A stretch of DNA of 64,000 bases. Origin: Candidatus Omnitrophota bacterium. Lineage in GTDB: Bacteria > Omnitrophota > Gorgyraeia > Zapsychrales > Zapsychraceae. Under the pieces are notes generated by a model. The model was not told where the DNA came from, made no database searches, and was given only the letters and a program-made list of their open reading frames with translations. The DNA lies in the NCBI GenBank assembly GCA_029261065.1, contig JAJDCB010000006.1, positions 284-64,283 on the forward strand. Direction: 5' to 3'. Below are positions 1 through 10,500 of this stretch, in pieces; positions within the stretch are counted from its first letter, which is position 1, and the number at the start of each line of letters is the position of its first letter. Both the position numbers and the translations under genes were made by a program.

Positions 1-365
1 ACTTCTCCCACAAACTGAGAGCTCATCCAAAGCCCAATAATAGCAACATCTTTAAACCCTTCTTTAAAACGTTCAACAGCTTGTTGAATCTGTTGCTTAT
101 GAACCGAATCACTCACAGGATTTCCTTTACAATCCTCATGTCCGACAACAACAATGACCTGAGAATTATTTTTTTCAATGGAAATGCTTACCTTTCGAAC
201 CGAATCTTCAATAGAATTATTAACATCAGCCAAAAATCCATCCATCCCAGGCTCAGTAACCATATCAACATAATCAACCTTGTATTGCTTTTTGATCCAG
301 TCAATAACAGGTATTTGAAACCTTCCATCTATACAATTTAAACATACCGCCCTTGTTGTACTCAT
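1..365 (-). CDS. Putative beta-type carbonic anhydrase-like protein (runs off the window edge; not in the ORF track)
   Basis: Hand translation from ATG at 365 (AAAGGA RBS upstream): MSTTRAVCLNCIDGRFQIPVIDWIKKQYKVDYVDMVTEPGMDG...IVVVGHEDCKGNP. CxDxR and HxxC zinc-ligand motifs of beta-CA-like proteins. Open to position 1. Confidence 0.75.
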   Translation of the reverse strand, partial: MSTTRAVCLNCIDGRFQIPVIDWIKKQYKVDYVDMVTEPGMDGFLADVNNSIEDSVRKVSISIEKNNSQVIVVVGHEDCKGNPVSDSVHKQQIQQAVERFKEGFKDVAIIGLWMSSQFVGE

Positions 366-392
366 AGTTTTATCCTTTTTTTAAAAGCCGTA

Positions 393-815
393 TTAATTAT
401 CAACTCTTCTCCAAACAAAATAATCCAAATCATCCGTCGCGCTAGATTTTATCACAATTTGGTTATCGGTTAGAAAAGAAATATCCCAATTAAATGTTTG
501 GTCACGAACTTTCATCTCCAATATTAATGGCTTATCAGCTCCTGATGAAACTACGCTATAATCTAACGTCAATGTGTTCTCACCTGTTTTCACTTCTAAC
601 GTTTTATCTGTATAGACATATTGCACCTCTCCCATTCTCTGTAAAATGATGGGGAGTGCTTTTTCGATATTTTCATCCCACTGTGGACTGTCCTTAACAT
701 TCTCTTCTGACGCTGCTTGATCTAAGACCCATGTACCGATAATGGGGGCGGGTTGCGCATAAGAAAATGTAACAAGCATAAACATACTTACAAAAAAAGT
801 CACAAAGATTTTCAT
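393..815 (-). CDS. Exported hypothetical protein, possibly a lipocalin-like beta-barrel
   Basis: Signal peptide ending FSYA; 'IIGTW' motif; alternating beta pattern; AAAGGA RBS. Confidence 0.6.
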   Translation of the reverse strand: MKIFVTFFVSMFMLVTFSYAQPAPIIGTWVLDQAASEENVKDSPQWDENIEKALPIILQRMGEVQYVYTDKTLEVKTGENTLTLDYSVVSSGADKPLILEMKVRDQTFNWDISFLTDNQIVIKSSATDDLDYFVWRRVDN

Positions 816-837
816 TTTTCATCCTTTCATCTAAAAA

Positions 838-1758
838 TTAACTCTTATCTAGTGCTTGGCGAATAGCATCGTGGGCATTCAATAAGTTCTGTTTAATAAT
901 ATTTCTTATACGATTATCTTGGCAAACAACACGATTTTTTAATCCTTCCGTCAAAGGTCTAGCAATGTAACTTGGAATTGGTGTTACAAGATGAATCCAT
1001 AACGAGCTTAGATACGGTGTTAAGACAGGCACTGGTATAATCCATCTTTTTCTTAACCCTGCGATCTCTGCATAAACTTCAATAAGATCAGCATACGAAA
1101 GAATTTCATCCCCCCCAATATCATAAACCTCTCCTATCGTTTCTTCGCATTCTAAAGAACAAACTAAATAAGTAATAACATTTTCAATAGCAATGGGCTG
1201 GCTGGGCGTCTTCACCCAGCGTGGTGTAATCATGATAGGTAACTTTGTAACAAGATGTTTTAAAATTTCAAAAGAAACACTCCCCGCGCCAATGATCATT
1301 GCGGCACGAAGAACTGTTGTAGGAACGGATCCTGCCATTAAAATATTCGCAACCTCATGACGAGATTTCAGATGCTTACTTAAATTCGCCTCCGACTCTC
1401 CTAAACCTCCTAAATAAATAATACGTTTAACGCCACATTCTTTTGCTGCACGAATCATATTGTTTGCAGCATTGCGATCATCTTCTTCAAAATCCGAACT
1501 TCGTGAATTCATTGAATGAACAAAATAATATACGTAATCAACATCTTTGCATATACTTTTTAGAGATTCAAAATCTAAAACATCAACTTTTGATATCTCG
1601 ACACCAGAGGTGTTAAACCAAGCTGCTTCTTTTAGTTTATTAACAGTTCTCCCGGCGGCTTTAACCTGATAACCTTTCTCTAAAAGAATCGGGACAAGCT
1701 CGCCTCCCACGTATCCAGTTGCCCCTAAAACTAAAACTTTTTTATTTTTGACATTCAT
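838..1758 (-). CDS. Atypical SDR / NAD(P)H-binding protein (YbjT-like)
   Basis: VLVLGATGYVG Rossmann motif; YYFVHSM, LSKHLKSRHEV, LRAAMIIGAGS typical of YbjT-like epimerase/dehydratases. Confidence 0.85.
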   Translation of the reverse strand: MNVKNKKVLVLGATGYVGGELVPILLEKGYQVKAAGRTVNKLKEAAWFNTSGVEISKVDVLDFESLKSICKDVDYVYYFVHSMNSRSSDFEEDDRNAANNMIRAAKECGVKRIIYLGGLGESEANLSKHLKSRHEVANILMAGSVPTTVLRAAMIIGAGSVSFEILKHLVTKLPIMITPRWVKTPSQPIAIENVITYLVCSLECEETIGEVYDIGGDEILSYADLIEVYAEIAGLRKRWIIPVPVLTPYLSSLWIHLVTPIPSYIARPLTEGLKNRVVCQDNRIRNIIKQNLLNAHDAIRQALDKS

Positions 1759-1761
1759 ATA

Positions 1762-2121
1762 TTATCGTCCACTAACAGGATTCCTTGGCCATTCATCAAA
1801 AACAAATTCCGGTTTCATCAATGATTCGTAACCAGCAGGTTTTTCAAAAGGAAAACTAACAACATCCCAAGCTCCCGAACCTGCACGCTTAATACCTTCG
1901 ACCATTCCCCACACCGTCCCTGAAGCAATCCAAACTAAAATATGATCCGTTTTCTGAGCCCCTTCAATCCAGTAAGCCCTAGCCTGCTTAGGAATCTCAA
2001 CAGGAGACGATACAATATTTACCAAACCTCGCCACAACTTTTTCGTTGGAGTATTCTCAGCACAAACATTTGATATACACAACAAACTTATCATTAAACT
2101 TAATGATAAAACTTTTTTCAT
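1762..2121 (-). CDS. Exosortase-system-associated protein, TIGR04073-like
   Basis: Signal peptide then KKLWRGLVNIVSSPVEIPK...RAGSGAWDVVSFPF...MKPEFV, the pattern I recognise for this family. Confidence 0.7.
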   Translation of the reverse strand: MKKVLSLSLMISLLCISNVCAENTPTKKLWRGLVNIVSSPVEIPKQARAYWIEGAQKTDHILVWIASGTVWGMVEGIKRAGSGAWDVVSFPFEKPAGYESLMKPEFVFDEWPRNPVSGR

Positions 2122-2124
2122 CGT

Positions 2125-3486
2125 TTACTCCAGTCCTAAAATTTGTGTGATCATAAATTTATAGCCACAAATAATCAATATTACAGAAATTAAGGATATC
2201 ACGGCCCCTGCTTTGATCATATCTCGACTTCTTAACATATCTGTTGAAAACGCAATCGCATTGGGTGGTGTTGAGACAGGTAACACCATCGCCAAGGAGC
2301 AGGACATAGCAATTGTAACCGCCAATATAACACTGCTCTCCCCAGGCACAGCAACGGCAACGGGAATTAAAAGAGTTGCTGCAGCTGTGTTACTCATAAA
2401 AGTCGAAAGCACAACAGCTAACACACAGAATATTATAACGAGAATCATCCCCTTTTGCTCAAACAAAGGCAATGAGACAACCAAGTCAGCAAAACCACTT
2501 AATTCCATACCCTTTCCTAAAGCCAACCCACCCCACATCAAGATTAATACATCCCAATTGATTTGTTTAAAATCATCTTTTTTAAGCAGTCCCGTAAAAG
2601 AAAATAATCCTGCCGCTAACAAAGCAACAACAGCTGAAGGTATTTTGTGAAAACTTGATGTTAACCATAACAAAATCGTTAAAAGCGCTATAGCCATAAC
2701 TTGGATAACTTTTGAATTAATCTTTTCTTTGTAAGTAATATTTAAATGCAGTTCTTTAGACGAAGAAGGATAAAAACCATAAAGAATAGCACTTGCCGTA
2801 AAAAGAAGTATACCGGCTAAGGGCAGGGCCATTTTCATCCAAGAGAAAAAATTGATATGAATATTTCGTTCCGCTAGTATTCCTATGGCAATGGCATTGG
2901 GCGGCGTACCAACAGGTGTTGCCATACCACCGATAAGAGCAGAAAAAGGAATCGCTAAGATCAATCCCGTTCTAAAGGGATCTTCTTTATCCATCTGTTT
3001 AAGAAACGGCATAACCATCGCAATCATCATCGCTGTGGTTGCCGTATCAGACATCCACATAGAGAGCGAGGCTGTTGTGATCATAAAGCCAAGCATAATA
3101 AAATAAGGTTTTCGACCAAAAACTTTTAATAACTTTGAAGCCACAAGCCGATCAATGTTGTATTTATTCAGGGCATGCGCCAAGATAAACCCTCCAAAAA
3201 AAAGGATAAGGATAGGATTTCCGAATTGGGATAAGAATACGTCATATCCAATTTGTTCCATACCCTCTAATTTTCCAGGAAGACATAATAAAAAAATCTC
3301 AAGAAGAACAACGAGAATGGATGTCGCATAAAGCGGAATAATTTCAAAGGCCCAAAATAAGGCTGCAATGACAAAAATAAACAAAATACGGCTTACGGGT
3401 TCAGGGAGATGACCGGATGATAAGACATAACATAGGCTGGCGAGCCCTATAGATAAAACGGATTTTACTGTTTGAATTTTAGACAT
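2125..3486 (-). CDS. DASS/SLC13 family sodium:anion (di/tricarboxylate or sulfate) symporter
   Basis: Many TM helices; MWMSDTAT, TPVGTPPNAI, FMSNTA and PVSTPPNAI signature motifs. Confidence 0.9.
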   Translation of the reverse strand: MSKIQTVKSVLSIGLASLCYVLSSGHLPEPVSRILFIFVIAALFWAFEIIPLYATSILVVLLEIFLLCLPGKLEGMEQIGYDVFLSQFGNPILILFFGGFILAHALNKYNIDRLVASKLLKVFGRKPYFIMLGFMITTASLSMWMSDTATTAMMIAMVMPFLKQMDKEDPFRTGLILAIPFSALIGGMATPVGTPPNAIAIGILAERNIHINFFSWMKMALPLAGILLFTASAILYGFYPSSSKELHLNITYKEKINSKVIQVMAIALLTILLWLTSSFHKIPSAVVALLAAGLFSFTGLLKKDDFKQINWDVLILMWGGLALGKGMELSGFADLVVSLPLFEQKGMILVIIFCVLAVVLSTFMSNTAAATLLIPVAVAVPGESSVILAVTIAMSCSLAMVLPVSTPPNAIAFSTDMLRSRDMIKAGAVISLISVILIICGYKFMITQILGLE

Positions 3487-3601
3487 TGTAAATTATCACG
3501 TATCACTTCTTTAATTCCTTACTATTTGACTTCCCCACTATACCATAGACACAAACCTATACTATCATCACCTTTTGAATAAAAATGGCCGCAGAACGAT
3601 G

Positions 3602-3841
3602 CTATTTCTTAAAAAATAAACGCATCTTTTTTGGTTGTTTATTATCATTAGACTCGCGATGGCATATATCATAAAGAACCTTCCGCTCAAGATCATCATG
3701 AATATGCTCATTTAAATCCGCTTCTTGCCAATGCTTGGCATCGCTGATAATGGTATCTGCGACAGCTTTCAAATCCTTGTAATTTTTTTGAGGCAACGAT
3801 TTTTTAAGTATCGACATAATTTCTGCTTCAGAAAAAATCAT
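3602..3841 (-). CDS. Small hypothetical protein
   Basis: 79-aa ORF with AAGGAGG RBS, co-oriented within the operon. Confidence 0.6.
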   Translation of the reverse strand: MIFSEAEIMSILKKSLPQKNYKDLKAVADTIISDAKHWQEADLNEHIHDDLERKVLYDICHRESNDNKQPKKMRLFFKK

Positions 3842-3863
3842 ACAAATCCCTCCTTTCGGATCA

Positions 3864-4316
3864 TTACTTAATAATCACATGCCGAACATCTCTCACTTGT
3901 AAAAACTCTGCTCGCGTGTATGTCTGCTTTTTTGCAATCCATGGCAATAGTAGGGCAACAATTACAAAACACATAACAGAAATCGTTATAACTTTTCTTT
4001 TAAAGGGTTGGGGACATTGTTTTGTCCCAAAAGTGACGGCTTTTATCCAGTTCCAGTGCAATATTAAATGAACGATTAAAACAATCAAAAAACCAAAGGC
4101 AATCCAGAAATGAATCTCCCCCCATTCATGACGTGTTAGTCCCATAAAGACATCAATTGTTTTTTCAATCCCCCTACCGCTCCCTCTTAACAACATCTCA
4201 ACACGTCCACTCCCCGGAGGTAAAATAAATTTTAATAATAGCCCTGTGGAAATCATCAACATAAAAACCACGAAACTTATCGCATCGATAACAATATTCC
4301 AAACATTTCGTTTCAC
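3864..4316 (-). CDS. DUF4405-like membrane protein (cytochrome b-like His pattern)
   Basis: TM-STG...W.EIHFW..F..LIVHLILHWNWI pattern. Confidence 0.75.
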   Translation of the reverse strand: MKRNVWNIVIDAISFVVFMLMISTGLLLKFILPPGSGRVEMLLRGSGRGIEKTIDVFMGLTRHEWGEIHFWIAFGFLIVLIVHLILHWNWIKAVTFGTKQCPQPFKRKVITISVMCFVIVALLLPWIAKKQTYTRAEFLQVRDVRHVIIK

Positions 4317-4328
4317 GGAAGCTCCTTT

Positions 4329-5492
4329 TTAGTCTCTTGTCATCTTTGCTGATATTCCAATCGGCGTTTGATATTTATAAACAACAATGTAACTAGATGC
4401 AATAAAGGTTAAAATTGTAACAAGTTGTATCAATTGTGCGGCTTCCATACTGATATGATTTAATTCAAGCGCTAATATAGCCACCAAGAGTGAGAATTCA
4501 CTTAATTGCCCCAGTCGTATTCCCGTCTCTTTGGCAAAAGAGATCTTTTCTCCAATAAAAACGAAGGCCTGTTTAAAAACCCAAGGTTTCATAAAAATAA
4601 AAATCACGGCAAGGATAACCCCTGGAAAAAGAATATTTTTCATCACCAACAAATCAAACTTTGCTCCCAACGTAAAAAAGAATAAAACTAAGAAAAAATC
4701 TCTTAAGGGTTTTAATTGATCTGAAATAAAACGAGCAATAGGATGTCTCGCAAGAACTACGCCAGCAAAGAAAGCTCCTGTCTCATAAAAAAGACCCATA
4801 CTGTTTGATATCATGGCAAGACCACAACACCAGGCTAGTCCCATAACTAATAAGGCCTCATGAAGCCGTTCAATACTCAACAACACCTTTCTTAAAATAT
4901 AATATTCAACAATAAGAAGAATGCCGATAAAGACGACAAGCTTAAACGATAAAATGGTAAAACTCAATATCGCTCCGTCAGGGGCATTTAGACATCGTAT
5001 AAAAGCAAGCACGGCGATAGCCAACAAATCTTCTAACACTAAAATTCCGATACAGACCTCTCCCATTCTCCTTTGATGCAGATCTGTGGTGGGTAATAAT
5101 TTTACAACTAAAATCGTACTGGAAAACATCAACGCCAGACCAATACAAAGGCTGTCTATGATACTAAAATGGAATGCAAAGGCAAAAAGGGCCGCAATCA
5201 AAAAAGACACGAGGCAATTAACAAAGGCCACCAATGAAACCTTCCTAAATAGTTTGATTAGTTTTTGAGGATGTAAACATAGGCCAGCTAAAAATAAGAG
5301 AAGCGTAATACCAAGATGCGAAATCGTTTCTATAAATTCCACATTTTGAATCCATCCAAGCCCCCATGGTCCAATGAGAATCCCACTAAGAACATAGGCG
5401 ATAATAATAGGCTGTTTAAAAATAATCGCCAGGTACGACAACACAGCTGTTGTTAAAAGAAGAATACTTAAGTCTAAAATAAATCGTTCCAT
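4329..5492 (-). CDS. CPA2 family cation:proton antiporter
   Basis: QPIIIAYVLSGILIGP, FSSTILVVKLL, GILVLEDL, GAFFAG, LGQLSEFS motifs. Confidence 0.9.
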   Translation of the reverse strand: MERFILDLSILLLTTAVLSYLAIIFKQPIIIAYVLSGILIGPWGLGWIQNVEFIETISHLGITLLLFLAGLCLHPQKLIKLFRKVSLVAFVNCLVSFLIAALFAFAFHFSIIDSLCIGLALMFSSTILVVKLLPTTDLHQRRMGEVCIGILVLEDLLAIAVLAFIRCLNAPDGAILSFTILSFKLVVFIGILLIVEYYILRKVLLSIERLHEALLVMGLAWCCGLAMISNSMGLFYETGAFFAGVVLARHPIARFISDQLKPLRDFFLVLFFFTLGAKFDLLVMKNILFPGVILAVIFIFMKPWVFKQAFVFIGEKISFAKETGIRLGQLSEFSLLVAILALELNHISMEAAQLIQLVTILTFIASSYIVVYKYQTPIGISAKMTRD

Positions 5493-5509
5493 GTTTTAAA
5501 ATCCCTTAT

Positions 5510-6274
5510 CTAAATGATTCCACTTAACCAAACACCTGCCAAATAAGCAAGAAAGGCGGCACTTCCTCCGATACACAATGTTTCTAATCCTGATATATAC
5601 CAACGATAGTTGATAAAGCGAGCTTTCACGGCTCCGACACAGAAAAATGCAACGCCTGTCATCAACGCACTCACAAAATAGGGATCCACATTTGTTTTTG
5701 GAAACATCCATTGATATACAAAAACCAATAAAGGAATAACACCAACAATCATAAATGCAAAAAAGGTTGATAAGGCAGCCTTCCAGGGGTTAGGCCCCTC
5801 AAGAGCCATCCCAAGCTCTTCTGTCAGCATCGTATCAATCCATGTTTTAGAATCAGAAGTAATAATATTAACAACTTTTTCAAGATCAGCACCTTCAAAA
5901 CCTTTGGAAGCAAAAATTTGCCGGATTTCTTCTCGCTCTCCTTCTGGAATGACCTTGATATGAATCTCTTCTTCTTGTCTGGCCTTCTCGCGCAGCTGTT
6001 CCTCAGCACGTGTTCCTAAAAAGTTACTTGCCGCCATACTAAACCCATCTCCAATTAAATTCGCCATTCCAAGTATAATGATAATATGACTTGATAAACC
6101 AGCCCCCGCCACACCACTCACAACCGCAAACGTTGTAACAGCACCATCAATGGCCCCATAAATAAAATCTTTTAGATAACTATGCTTAACGCCATACTCA
6201 AGCCTTTCTCTTACGGCCAAAGGCGTATGCGACAATTTCAATGATTGTTTAAGATTATGCTTTTTTGATTTCAT
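5510..6274 (-). CDS. VIT1/CCC1 family Fe/Mn transporter
   Basis: YGAIDGAVTTFAVVSG, GMANLIGDGFSMAASNFL and the Glu-rich cytoplasmic metal-binding domain. Confidence 0.9.
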   Translation of the reverse strand: MKSKKHNLKQSLKLSHTPLAVRERLEYGVKHSYLKDFIYGAIDGAVTTFAVVSGVAGAGLSSHIIIILGMANLIGDGFSMAASNFLGTRAEEQLREKARQEEEIHIKVIPEGEREEIRQIFASKGFEGADLEKVVNIITSDSKTWIDTMLTEELGMALEGPNPWKAALSTFFAFMIVGVIPLLVFVYQWMFPKTNVDPYFVSALMTGVAFFCVGAVKARFINYRWYISGLETLCIGGSAAFLAYLAGVWLSGII

Positions 6275-6285
6275 TTTTATTAGTT

Positions 6286-6489
6286 TTAATTTTTTATATA
6301 AATCTTATAAATCAAATAAATATATGTGACAAGAAAAATACTTCCATAACAATACCACTCTAAACTTAAAATTGCAGGCCATATCTTTGCGATCAATAAA
6401 GCACAAGCCAATACACAAATTTTAAGAATCCCAACATCCCAAACCGTCATCTTTTTTATTTTTTCTTCAGCCCATTTGAAATAACTCAT
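6286..6489 (-). CDS. Small two-TM membrane protein
   Basis: 67 aa, two hydrophobic segments, GGGGGG RBS-like run. Confidence 0.6.
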   Translation of the reverse strand: MSYFKWAEEKIKKMTVWDVGILKICVLACALLIAKIWPAILSLEWYCYGSIFLVTYIYLIYKIYIKN

Positions 6490-6547
6490 TTTAGCCCCCC
6501 TTTTTTATACAAACATTATATCTCTCAACTTAGCACCTTTCATGATT

Positions 6548-6748
6548 TTAACCTCTGATGATTTTTCTGACCCTATTTTTCCCTTGCTTTTTAAGATTAA
6601 TAATTTTATCTCGCAAAACAGCTGCCATTTCATAATTTTCCACCTTAACGGCATTGTCTATTTGTTCTTCTAAATCAAAAAGCTGTTCTACCTTTTCTAA
6701 CTCTTGCTTTATCTGAGGATCAAACTTATTCATATCATAAAGTTTCAT
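6548..6748 (-). CDS. UvrB/UvrC (UVR) motif-containing small protein
   Basis: LEEQIDNAVKVENYEMAAVLRDKI is a UVR coiled-coil motif; GAGGAGG RBS. Confidence 0.8.
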   Translation of the reverse strand: MKLYDMNKFDPQIKQELEKVEQLFDLEEQIDNAVKVENYEMAAVLRDKIINLKKQGKNRVRKIIRG

Positions 6749-6750
6749 GA

Positions 6751-7059
6751 TTAACCTCCTCTCGCCGTATAGGTTTCAAGACATCTCAAAAATTTGTAAA
6801 CTCGTTTATCTAAAATATAATAATAACGAATATTATTATCTTTATCACACGCCAACACACCAACATTTTTCAAAGCTGTTAGATGTTGGGAAACCGTTGA
6901 TTGCGCCACTTTAAGTTTCCTTTGAATACTTCCAACTGAAAGTCGCTTTTCATTAATTAAAACCATTATAATTCTCAACCTTACTGGATGAGCCATTATT
7001 TTTAGCATCCGTACAGAAAACTCAATATTATGTAACCTTACTTTCCTCATGATTCTCAC
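6751..7059 (-). CDS. ArsR/SmtB family transcriptional regulator
   Basis: LKIMAHPVRLRII...QSTVSQHLTALK winged HTH; true start may be an internal ATG. Confidence 0.85.
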   Translation of the reverse strand: MRIMRKVRLHNIEFSVRMLKIMAHPVRLRIIMVLINEKRLSVGSIQRKLKVAQSTVSQHLTALKNVGVLACDKDNNIRYYYILDKRVYKFLRCLETYTARGG

Positions 7060-7399
7060 GCGCTCCCGTCATGTGACGCGATAAATTTTGATCAAGGTGT
7101 TCTAAAACACCTGTAACATCTTTATCATTTGTCCTACAGACTTTAATCCCAGAGTGAATCAAACTATTGAGCATCTTTCCCTTAATTTCAGGACTAATAA
7201 CAGCATCAATGTGTTGTTGTCGCATGGTTTGACGTGGACTTCCTGCAAGATGATCATGATGATGCCGATGTTTATTCTTAATGGTTCTTAAATAATGCAA
7301 GTTTGTATCATAGATAACAAAATAAGGCACATGGGCAAAGTTAGGCACGACCCTTGCCTCGTAACCCTCATTTGTTTTTGTTGGAATGCAGACTCGCAT
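7028..7399 (-). CDS. NifB/NifX family (dinitrogenase FeMo-cofactor-binding-like) protein
   Basis: MRVCIPT...VPNFAHVPYFVIYD...HIDAVISPEIKG...GIKV; His-rich stretch HRHHHDH; start moved to ATG 7399 (GGTGG RBS). Confidence 0.75.
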   Translation of the reverse strand: MRVCIPTKTNEGYEARVVPNFAHVPYFVIYDTNLHYLRTIKNKHRHHHDHLAGSPRQTMRQQHIDAVISPEIKGKMLNSLIHSGIKVCRTNDKDVTGVLEHLDQNLSRHMTGARENHEESKVT

Positions 7400-7461
7400 C
7401 TTAAACCACCTTTGTAATTTCAAATATTAAAATATTCAAATATTACTTATCTCCTACTTTC

Positions 7462-7527
7462 ATTATAAAATAGACCAATGATATGGGTATTCGCTAAAAT
7501 ACATAGAAACGTGCGTAGTTCTACTTA
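7462..7527 (-). promoter_or_regulatory. Paired palindromic activator boxes plus -10 (regulon site 1)
   Basis: TGCGTA-gttc-TACTTA 7512-7527; TTCGCT-aaaa-TACATA 7490-7505; TATAAT (minus) 7462-7467. Confidence 0.6.
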
Positions 7528-10500
7528 AGAAAGAAGTAAGTCTACAATCAAAGGAAGGTGATCTGAGGCTACTTTATCGAGTTCTGTTTTAGAAACTTCT
7601 GCGTGGACAACGCTAACTTCTCCGCCAATAAAGACATGATCGATACGACCCACGGGATAATGACTAAACCACGTTGCCAAAGGACGATGATTATTTAAAA
7701 CATGTTGGGAGTCATGAAGTTTTTGGGTAATGCACCGGCATACGGGGGAACCTGGTAAGGCATTAAAATCTCCACACAAAATAATTGGACCTTCACAAGC
7801 ATGGTGTTCTAGCCAATCCGGTCCAAGTAACGCCTCAGCCTGCCTTAAACGCTCTAGACGTCGTAACCCAAGGTGCGTATTAATAACCTGTACTCTTATA
7901 TCATCAACGTTGATTGTAGTCCATATCGCCCCACGAGGCTCAAGATCTGGACGTCCAGGTAAAATAGGTAGTCGACCAGCATACATTGTTTTGATAGGAT
8001 ACCGACTAAGAATAGCATTACCATACCGTTCTTCTTCAATGCAAATAGCGGGATGAAAATGATACATCATCTCTAATTGTTTAGCAATAACATGGGGCTG
8101 GTTTATATCGCCTGTACGCGAACGATTCATATCTAATTCCTGCAGGGCAACAATGTCCGGTTCATGCCTGGCAATCACACGAGCAATCCGCTCTGGCGAT
8201 GTTTTTCCATCCATACCTCGACAACTATGAACATTGTAGGTCATGATACGAATCTTTTTCGTTTCTGGACTTATTGAAGAGGATTTCACAGAAAGCATAG
8301 ATTTCTTAGGTTTCATCCTTCCTAAATGTTGCAATGCTAGCTCCCTTAAATCTTTTGTCTTTAAATACGTTTTTTCTTTTGATAACGAAACAATATCTGC
8401 CGGAAGTAAAGTAAACGCATTTGTCTCCTCTGTTCCCACCCCTGCATGAGCTCCATTTTCAATAGGAAAACTTATCGGTGTCTGCCCTGGCCTCCATCCT
8501 GAAAAAGTAAAATCGCCAGCGTCTGGATGATGACAGATAGCAATCAAATCCTGTGTTACGTCGCTAAGATAAGGATGATTCTCTCCTAAAACTTCTTGTG
8601 CCTGCGCGGGTAAAATAAATTCGCCTCTTTCATTGAAAGCCCGCACTTGCCCCTCTTCTTCTGGAAACAAAACAAGAGGAATTTTGGCCTTATGTACAAG
8701 CTGACGAGAAAAAATGCATTTGTCTTCTTGATTTAGTTTCGTTGGCAGATAAATATTTCCCGTCGGCCCAATGGCCGTTACTGTAAGTTTATTCTGAGCA
8801 GCATGCTTTTGAGGAGAAAAAAGTTTTTGTAGATATGGACTTCCCAAATAACTTGCTCGATGAAATTGCACTCCTCGTCTTGTGGCTTGTTCTTGAAAAC
8901 ATTTATCCAGATCATCATCCAAACGTCCAGGTTCTGTTTTTTTGTTGGAATGCTTAAAAGCACTATAAACCTCTGTAACCGCCTCATGAACCCTTCTTCC
9001 ATATTCAACGGTGTAAGACAAGGTGTCTTCTTGACCATGGTCGGAATATATCCAAACATCGTAACTTCTTCGCGTAGAACTCATGGCATTTTTGTAAATA
9101 TCACCAATCGCTAAATCAATTCCTTTAAGAGCCCAATGAGCAAATTTTGTGGATGGTCCTCGACGATGGGCCTGTTCATCGAAGCCTAATAGATTTAAAT
9201 GAATAATAGGCAGACCTCTTGCAACATCAATCTTAACGCCAAGGGTTATCAGTTCTCGCAATAAAATACAAATCACAGCACGGGTGGGGACAAATTTAAA
9301 TTCTTTGATAAAGTTTTCTCCTTGAAACAATCCACCCAGAAAGTCAGCAAACCCTAAAACCAATTCCAAAATGATTAATAAGATAATACGTATCAAAGCC
9401 AAAAAATGGGTGAGGGCTAACACGATTAATTTAAAGACATTAACATCTTTCCATATCCGACTTAAACCCAATGAGACAGCACAAAAATGAGCTTCTTTGG
9501 CTCCCCCCTCATAAATATTCGAATAAGAACTCCCCCCCTCTAATAATCCTGTTTCCTGCTCTTTCAAACGTTGTTCAATTTTTTGGGCATCATCGCCATC
9601 AAACATCGTAAAAACTTTATTCTCGCTCTTGTCAAAATAAGAAAAAGCCGGAACAATTTGTTTAACACCATAAAATAATTCTCCTTGAACCGCAGGTGTA
9701 CTCGAAGGTAAACCTGTGTATAAAGGATAACTGTTATAATGTTGATTATTTAATAAACCTTTTAAAAAAGGCATTTCATTATTTTTAATAGCTTTTTGTA
9801 ATTGATGTCTCGAAAACCCATCAATTTGAATAAGAACCAAACCAGCCTTTGTCTCCTCCTCTTTGGAATGTGACAAATTAAGAAGACGCGCCGACCATTC
9901 GTGTTTATTGCACCATCGATTCCATTTTAAGATCCAATGCCTTTTTTTATCCTTTCTCGTCTTTTTAACATTAAAGGCCCTTTCACTAAAAGCGGCTTCA
10001 GAAGCATTTGTCAAATTTTTTGCCATATTCCATTCCGTCTTTATCCGAGACATACTGATTTTCCAAAGACTATTATGAATGTCTCGAGAGACAACGTTTC
10101 TGGACTTAACCTCATTGTAAAGGTTTATAACTTGCCCCGCGCAATGAACATTAGAATAATTCTGTGCTGATTGTCTCGCCGCCCTTTTTATCTTTTCCAT
10201 TTCAGAATGTGATTTGTGATAACACCAAGATAACGCTGATACAAATGTTTCTTGATGTTGTTCATGAATCAAACGGCCATTGAGACCGTCACGCAGGATA
10301 TCTCTGACACCTTGCGCATCAAGGGCAACGACAGGAACAGATGATGCCATAGCTTCTAAAAGAACAACGCCTTGCGTCTCACTCAACGAAGCAAAGGCAA
10401 AAACATTCATCGCATGATAACTATCCACTAATTGTTGATCTCTTAAAACGCCTGTAAAATGCAATCGATTTAAATCATCTTCCTTTAAAAAAACCTGCTT

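Noticed and set aside
81-341. 86-aa plus-strand ORF in the ORF track
   Set aside because: Antisense shadow of the minus-strand carbonic-anhydrase-like gene (1-365), which has motifs and an RBS.
7028-7399. Nitrogen fixation inferred from the NifX-like gene
   Set aside because: No nifHDK/ENB genes nearby; this family is widespread in non-diazotrophs.
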